NCBI GenBank assembly: GCA_963977445.1
Contig: CAXBPH010000216.1
Coordinates: forward strand, 1 to 11,888
Length of the DNA: 11,888 nt
Direction: 5' to 3'
DNA from: an uncultured bacterium
GTDB taxonomy: Bacteria; Hydrogenedentota; Hydrogenedentia; Hydrogenedentales; JAEUWI01
The position numbers and the translations under genes were made by a program. The notes under the pieces are model-generated. The model searched no databases, was not told the DNA's origin, and saw nothing but the letters and a program-made list of their open reading frames with translations. This document shows, one piece after another, positions 7,312-11,888 of this stretch (position 1 is its first letter; the number at the start of each line of letters is the position of its first letter).

Positions 7312-9354
7312 TTATTGTACCTCATTTGCGACAATAGTAAAGGTGCATACGGAGGTGGCGCCGTTTTCGCTGGTGACGGTAAGAGACACGATATGTCGTC
7401 CGGCCGACTTGTAGGCATGAACCGTCCGAATGCCTTTTGACTTTTTGCCGTCGCCAAACTCCCACAAGACTTTTTTTACGGCAAATTGGGGATCATAGGG
7501 TGCGGAGAGTCCCACGGGAAAGGACTTAGACAGGGTAACCGGCAAGCGCCCCGGGGGAATCCGAACCAGGTCAAAGGCGTTAAAGCTTCGTTCTTCGCCT
7601 ACCGTAACGTCGATATCATTTTCGATGTTGATGAATCCGACGGGCCCTTCCCCGACGAGGATGTCTCCCATGGCGGCCATCGTTTCGCCATACCGGGCGC
7701 TGTCGCAATAGGCCAGGACGACGGCATCGGCAATCGCGAGGTAGGGCAAGTGTCGGGGATAGCCCAGTAAGACGACCACGACCTGGATGCCCTTTTCTTT
7801 CAAGGCACGGACGAGCTTGACCTGGCCCTCGGGGCGGTCGGATTCGCTCAATACGCAAATGACCGTTCGGAGACCGCGGATGTGGCCCGTGATTCGCTCG
7901 ATTTCAAAATCCTGAATTTCACCGATGTGGCGTGCCGTCGTGATGGCCTGTTGTGAAATGGGCTTCATATGCTTTGAGAGTCCGGCATAGAGGATATCCA
8001 CGCCAATGGTCCCGGTTATCCCGACCGGCATGCTCTTGTTTTTTCGCAGAGGAAGAATGTTTCCTTTGTTCTGGACCACGGTGATTGATTTTTGTTCGAT
8101 AGACTGTACCTGGCGTGCCAGTTGGCGTGAATGCTCCAGGGGCACGGAATCTTTGGAGTTGAGGGTTTCGATTTCCAGAATGCGATGGGCGAACTTGTAG
8201 GCCAACACGCGATTAAGTCGATCGTTAATAAGGGACTCTTCCAGTTTGCCTTCCTCGACGGCGGTGACAATCATGTCGACGGCGCGCATCTCGCGATTAC
8301 CCGCACCATCCCAGAGAATCATATCGGCTCCTCCCTGCAGAGCGCGGATGGCGGCCTCGGCAGGGTCCAGGATACCCGCCACATCCTGGCTATCCATGGG
8401 GCCAGCGAGGATGATGCCCTTGTAGCCGAGTTGGTCCCGCAGCAGGTCCGTCATTACTGCCGACGAAATGCATGCAGGTGGGGAGTTTATATCGATGGTG
8501 GGTACGAGGGTGTTTCCAACGTGAATGATGGGGGCTTCATCGCGCACGGCCTGTTGGTAGGGTGCGAGATCCAGCGTGGGGAGAAGGTCGAGGGGAGTCA
8601 TCAGGACGGCCGGCGATTTCGGGCGTCGGTTGGTGCCGCCGCCGGGAAAGCCGAGGGGGATGGCGATAATGCCGTGATTCTCAAAGACGCGACGGGTGAT
8701 CTGGAAGGTGTCTCCGATGAAACGGGTGTCGCTTCCCAGGGTGTAGACCGAGCCGACGGCAGAATCGATGGTGGGTGCCAGTTCGAGGGAGGGTCCGAGG
8801 TGTAGATTGAAGCCCATGAGGTTGAGGTGCTGGGCAAGCAGTTCGGCCAGGGCATTGGTCGTTACGGGATCGTTGGCGGCGGCGAGGGAGAGGGGCGAGG
8901 GCAATTGAATAAACTCGCTGAGTTCCTGCCGTTCCGCCGTGGTAAGTCGATAGATATTGGTGCCGATCCAGAGGGGGATGCCCGAAATACGTTCCACGCC
9001 CCGAAGCTTGGTGACATACACCGCAGCGAACGAAGGTTTGAGAATCTTTCGGACGATAGCGCCCCCTGGCGTGTAGGATTGGAGGTAGGCCAGATCTTCT
9101 GCGGAAGGCTGATGGGTGCCTTCCATGGTGACCATCATTAACTGGGCCACGCGCTGTCGCAAGGGCATGCTCTCGGCGGCGGTGGCAGCGGAGTTGGCAT
9201 CGGAGTTGGCATCGGAGTTGGCATCGGGGGGCGGGGCCGCTTCCCTGGTCACGGGGAATTCGGGACGGGGTTGGTCGATGATGCTGGGCGGGGGAGCGGT
9301 GCCCCCCTGGTTGGCAGCGAGACAGAGAATTCCGGCCAGAATGAGGTTCGTCAT
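7312..9354 (-). CDS. Exported glycoside hydrolase family 3 (NagZ-like) homolog with degenerate active site and C-terminal PKD domain
   Basis: Start is likely ATG at 9354 (AAAGGA RBS upstream; MTNLILAGILCLAA is signal-like) rather than 9612. GH3 landmarks: MPLRQRVAQLMM, MGFNLHLGPSLE, DLAPYQQAV, DLLRDQLGYKGII, ALQGGADMIL, INDRLNRVLAYK and SITVVQNKGNILPL. PKD motif VLWEFGDG...HAYKSAGRHIVSLTVT. Confidence 0.85.
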   Translation of the reverse strand: MTNLILAGILCLAANQGGTAPPPSIIDQPRPEFPVTREAAPPPDANSDANSDANSAATAAESMPLRQRVAQLMMVTMEGTHQPSAEDLAYLQSYTPGGAIVRKILKPSFAAVYVTKLRGVERISGIPLWIGTNIYRLTTAERQELSEFIQLPSPLSLAAANDPVTTNALAELLAQHLNLMGFNLHLGPSLELAPTIDSAVGSVYTLGSDTRFIGDTFQITRRVFENHGIIAIPLGFPGGGTNRRPKSPAVLMTPLDLLPTLDLAPYQQAVRDEAPIIHVGNTLVPTIDINSPPACISSAVMTDLLRDQLGYKGIILAGPMDSQDVAGILDPAEAAIRALQGGADMILWDGAGNREMRAVDMIVTAVEEGKLEESLINDRLNRVLAYKFAHRILEIETLNSKDSVPLEHSRQLARQVQSIEQKSITVVQNKGNILPLRKNKSMPVGITGTIGVDILYAGLSKHMKPISQQAITTARHIGEIQDFEIERITGHIRGLRTVICVLSESDRPEGQVKLVRALKEKGIQVVVVLLGYPRHLPYLAIADAVVLAYCDSARYGETMAAMGDILVGEGPVGFINIENDIDVTVGEERSFNAFDLVRIPPGRLPVTLSKSFPVGLSAPYDPQFAVKKVLWEFGDGKKSKGIRTVHAYKSAGRHIVSLTVTSENGATSVCTFTIVANEVQ
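9189..9227. repeat. 12-bp tandem repeat (CGGAGTTGGCAT x3 + CGG) encoding (DANS)3 in the linker of the GH3-like protein
   Basis: Exact copies at 9189-9200, 9201-9212 and 9213-9224. Confidence 0.95.
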
Positions 9355-9529
9355 GGGAATGGTTCCTTTGTGAAGTATGGGGGATTCTAACAGATTAGGG
9401 GGAAACCATGAACCCACTTGGGGAAATTTGCACGGGCTCCGGGTTGAGGTCGGCAGGCCTGGTGTGCGCGCAATTGGTCGACATGCCATTTCCCGATTGC
9501 GATGGGGATTCCCCAGAGATGGTGCCGCA

Positions 9530-9559
9530 TGGACAAGAATCGCTCCCAGCCGATAGAAT
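9530..9559 (+). promoter_or_regulatory. Putative sigma70-type promoter for thiH
   Basis: TGGACA (9530-9535) - 18 nt - TAGAAT (9554-9559) in the divergent intergenic region. Confidence 0.5.
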
Positions 9560-9633
9560 ACGGGGTACGGCCCGGTGCGCGGACCGCACCCGCCGTTTAT
9601 TTTCTCAGCCACAAGTCAGGTGAATTCAGCAGT

Positions 9634-10758
9634 ATGAGTTTCAAGAACGTAATTGCGCAATGGCCCGCCGAAAGGCTGCAGGGCCTCTATCGCTCGGCTA
9701 CCTCGGGCGATGTAGAACGGGCGTTGAGCAAAGATGATCTCAGCATGGAAGATCTGGGTGCCCTTTTGTCGCCTGCGGCCCAGGCCTATCTCGAGCCCAT
9801 GGCCCAGAAAGCCAATCGACTTACCCGCTGGCACTTTGGGCGCACGATTTCGCTCTATGCGCCCCTCTATATTTCCAACCTCTGTGCGGCGGATTGTGTC
9901 TACTGTGGATTCTCCGTGCGTTCGGGCAACAAGGAAAAGCGCATTACCCTGAAGCCAGACGACATTCGGCAGGAGTGCGCGGCCCTTGCGGCGCTGGGGT
10001 ATGAAAATATACTTATTCTGACGGGAGAAGCACCTAAGGCGGTGACGGTGGCCTATATTGCCGAGGCCATCGAGATTGCCCGGGAATATTTTAATTCCGT
10101 ATCCGTGGAAGTTTTTGCTGTGGACGAGTCCGAGTACCGGGCCTTTGTGGAGGCCGGCCTCGAAGGCGTGACGCTCTACATGGAGACCTACCACCGGCCC
10201 ACCTACAGCCAGGTTCATCTCGAAGGCGGCAAGGCGGACTATGACTATCGCCTGGATGCAACGGAACGCGCGGGCGATGCCGGTGTTCGCAGTTTAAGTA
10301 TCGGTGCATTGCTGGGGCTCTATCAGTGGCAGGAAGAATTGCTCTGGGTCGGACTCCACGCGCGCCACCTGCAGAAACAATGCTGGCAATCGTCGCTCTC
10401 GGTTTCTTTTCCCCGTTTGCTCCACACGCCCGAGCGTTTCCAGGTGCGTGATTTGGTGAGCGACAGCAATCTGGTGCAGGGGATGTTGGCGCTGCGGCTC
10501 TTCCTGCCCGAAGTAGGATTTAATCTCTCGACCCGTGAAGCGCCGTCGTTTCGCGATAAATTGATTCCATTGGGCGTTACCGCCATGAGTGCCGGTTCCA
10601 GCACACGCCCGGGCGGCTATGCGACCCGGGGCAAAGAGGTGCTGGAGCAATTCGAAATAGAAGACCAGCGACCGCCTTCGGAAGTGGTGCAGGTGATACG
10701 CGATGCAGGCTATGACCCGGTGTGGAAAGATTTCGACCGGGCATTTGACCGGGCCTAG
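9634..10758 (+). CDS. thiH: 2-iminoacetate synthase (tyrosine lyase, radical SAM)
   Basis: Start is likely ATG 9634 (AGGTGA upstream), giving 374 aa. Motifs YAPLYISNLCAADCVYCGFS (CxxxCxxC), ILILTGE, YMETY, IGALLGL, SFPRL, LSTRE, SAGSSTRPGGY and EQFEIEDQR...GYDPVWKDFD. It lacks the C-terminal Cys-rich extension of HydG. Confidence 0.92.
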   Translation: MSFKNVIAQWPAERLQGLYRSATSGDVERALSKDDLSMEDLGALLSPAAQAYLEPMAQKANRLTRWHFGRTISLYAPLYISNLCAADCVYCGFSVRSGNKEKRITLKPDDIRQECAALAALGYENILILTGEAPKAVTVAYIAEAIEIAREYFNSVSVEVFAVDESEYRAFVEAGLEGVTLYMETYHRPTYSQVHLEGGKADYDYRLDATERAGDAGVRSLSIGALLGLYQWQEELLWVGLHARHLQKQCWQSSLSVSFPRLLHTPERFQVRDLVSDSNLVQGMLALRLFLPEVGFNLSTREAPSFRDKLIPLGVTAMSAGSSTRPGGYATRGKEVLEQFEIEDQRPPSEVVQVIRDAGYDPVWKDFDRAFDRA

Positions 10759-10798
10759 TGGATTTCACGGGGGCAGGAATGGGCCGGGTTGGCCAGAC

Positions 10799-10827
10799 TT
10801 GGCGACAGGGGGTGATGGGTGTACAAT
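10799..10827 (+). promoter_or_regulatory. Putative sigma70-type promoter for the SirB1-like gene
   Basis: TTGGCG (10799-10804) - 17 nt - TACAAT (10822-10827). Confidence 0.5.
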
Positions 10828-10906
10828 AGGAGACGTCTCTGTCTCACCACCACAAACTAATTTGTTGTGGTTGAACGCAGGAATTCAGCTTTTGGGAAAC
10901 GATACC

Positions 10907-11761
10907 ATGGGTGATCCAGCACAGTTGGTGAGTTGGCTTCGACTACTCGATGATGAGTCTTCGGTGGTCCAGGAGGCCCTTTCCAAAGAATTTTACGTAT
11001 ATGGCCCCGACTTGATGACCGATCTGGCCGCTTTGCGGAATGGGCCCGACGAAGCGGCGATTGCCGAGATTCAACGGCTCATTGATTGGGAGCGGAAGCG
11101 GGTGCTGCGTCAGGCGTGGCAGGCGTGGCTTGCCGATGATGACGAAGGGGCAGATTCGGCCCGTCTGGAGGCGGTGTTTTCGATGGTGGCGACGTTTCAG
11201 AATGGCCCGGAATATGGCGTGACGCTTAGCACGTTGCTGGACGGTTTGGCGGAAGAATTCCGTCTTCGGGGCGGCACGGTAGATGAAGAAACACTCGCCC
11301 GTTTCCTGTTTAAGGAAAAGGGCCTCGAGGGGGATCGGTCAAATTATTACCACCCCCAGAATAGTAATCTCGTCAATGTCATCGAGACCCGCCGTGGCCT
11401 ACCAATCAGTCTGGCCTGTATTTATATGCTCGTGGGCCATCGTTTTGGCTTTGATATTGGTGGCTGTAATTGGCCCAATCATTTCTATGCCCGTACCCGG
11501 CAGCAGCATGTGCTGGTCCTGGTAGATTGCTTCAATGGCGGGCGCACGATGGACCGGGAGTCCTTCCTGAAGCTCCAGGGCCCATCACGGGAGGCGGCGG
11601 AGGCTATTGTGGACAAGGCGGCGTCGGTGGAGGCGATAGTGGGGCGGGTGCTGGGGAATCTGGCGCGGGCCTATCAAGAGGCCGCTCACGAAGAGGATTC
11701 TCAATTGATGCTGGAATTGCTGCAGGCCCTGGAAGGCCGCTCAGGTGCCCAGCGGGCCTGA
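10907..11761 (+). CDS. SirB1-like / transglutaminase-like (Transglut_core2) family protein
   Basis: Start is likely ATG 10907 (the 10703 start overlaps thiH). Motifs LRLLDD, GDRSNYYHPQNSNLVNVIETRRGLPISLACIY, CNWPNHF, VDCFNGG and RVLGNL. Confidence 0.85.
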   Translation: MGDPAQLVSWLRLLDDESSVVQEALSKEFYVYGPDLMTDLAALRNGPDEAAIAEIQRLIDWERKRVLRQAWQAWLADDDEGADSARLEAVFSMVATFQNGPEYGVTLSTLLDGLAEEFRLRGGTVDEETLARFLFKEKGLEGDRSNYYHPQNSNLVNVIETRRGLPISLACIYMLVGHRFGFDIGGCNWPNHFYARTRQQHVLVLVDCFNGGRTMDRESFLKLQGPSREAAEAIVDKAASVEAIVGRVLGNLARAYQEAAHEEDSQLMLELLQALEGRSGAQRA

Positions 11762-11765
11762 TGCG

Positions 11766-11888
11766 CTATCGCCTGGGTCGTGCATGAGCGAGTTCGGGGT
11801 CGGCAAATCGATTTGTGACAAAACTCTGGTACGGTTGACCGCGTACCGTGAGGGTTTCGGTGCCAACCACGCCCGCTTTTAGCAGGCG
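11766..11888 (-). CDS. 3' end of an unidentified gene entering from the right edge
   Basis: The minus frame is open from 11888 and reads RLLKAGVVGTETLTVRGQPYQSFVTNRFADPELAHARPRR, stopping at TAG (11768-11766), 4 nt from the convergent stop at 11761. Too short to assign a function. Confidence 0.5.
   Translation of the reverse strand, partial: RLLKAGVVGTETLTVRGQPYQSFVTNRFADPELAHARPRR

Noticed and set aside
9540..9612. Minus-strand GGCTGAGA...ACCC resembling part of a TPP riboswitch
   Set aside because: It is on the wrong strand for thiH, and the downstream CCTGA...TAAT...GCG core is not present in order.
9355..9633. Long N-terminal extensions in the ORF track making the GH3 ORF (to 9612) and thiH ORF (from 9502) overlap head-to-head
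   Set aside because: Internal ATGs at 9354 and 9634 have RBS-like sites and give family-typical N-termini. The extensions look like translated intergenic sequence.
9634..10758. HydG ([FeFe]-hydrogenase maturase) as an alternative call
   Set aside because: The protein is 374 aa with a ThiH-type C-terminus and lacks the HydG C-terminal auxiliary-cluster extension.
9622..10889. Shared 9-mer GAATTCAGC upstream of thiH (9622-9630) and the SirB1-like gene (10881-10889)
   Set aside because: Short, only two copies noticed, at different distances from the start codons, and compatible with chance.
312..11787. Numerous 60-230 aa shadow ORFs antisense to or in alternative frames of the main genes (e.g. 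3187-3873, 5989-6651, 8131-8805, 9616-10218)
   Set aside because: They overlap well-supported genes, show no recognisable motifs, and are expected in GC-rich DNA.

Overview
GC-rich bacterial chromosomal window. It opens with the end of the ribosomal alpha operon (partial rpoA, rplQ, intrinsic terminator). On the + strand follow a sugar-phosphate isomerase/epimerase TIM barrel, a predicted lipoprotein with a carboxypeptidase-regulatory-like beta-sandwich, a YhaM-type OB+HD nuclease, and a CgeB-like glycosyltransferase fused to a methyltransferase-like domain. A convergent minus-strand pair encodes two predicted exported proteins: a GH3/NagZ-like protein with a PKD domain and an M14 N/E-type zinc carboxypeptidase with a dockerin-like tail. 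Then come a stand-alone thiH, a SirB1/transglutaminase-like gene and the 3' end of an unknown minus-strand gene. No mobile element, CRISPR array, tRNA or rRNA is visible. Two signals stand out. The GH3 protein keeps its fold-level motifs but has lost all recognisable catalytic motifs (likely pseudoenzyme). The family-like C-terminus of yhaM lies in the -1 frame, reachable at an in-frame CGA AAG hexamer known to cause -1 ribosomal frameshifting elsewhere; an indel or assembly error is an equally live explanation. All calls come from reading motifs by eye, with no database searches.
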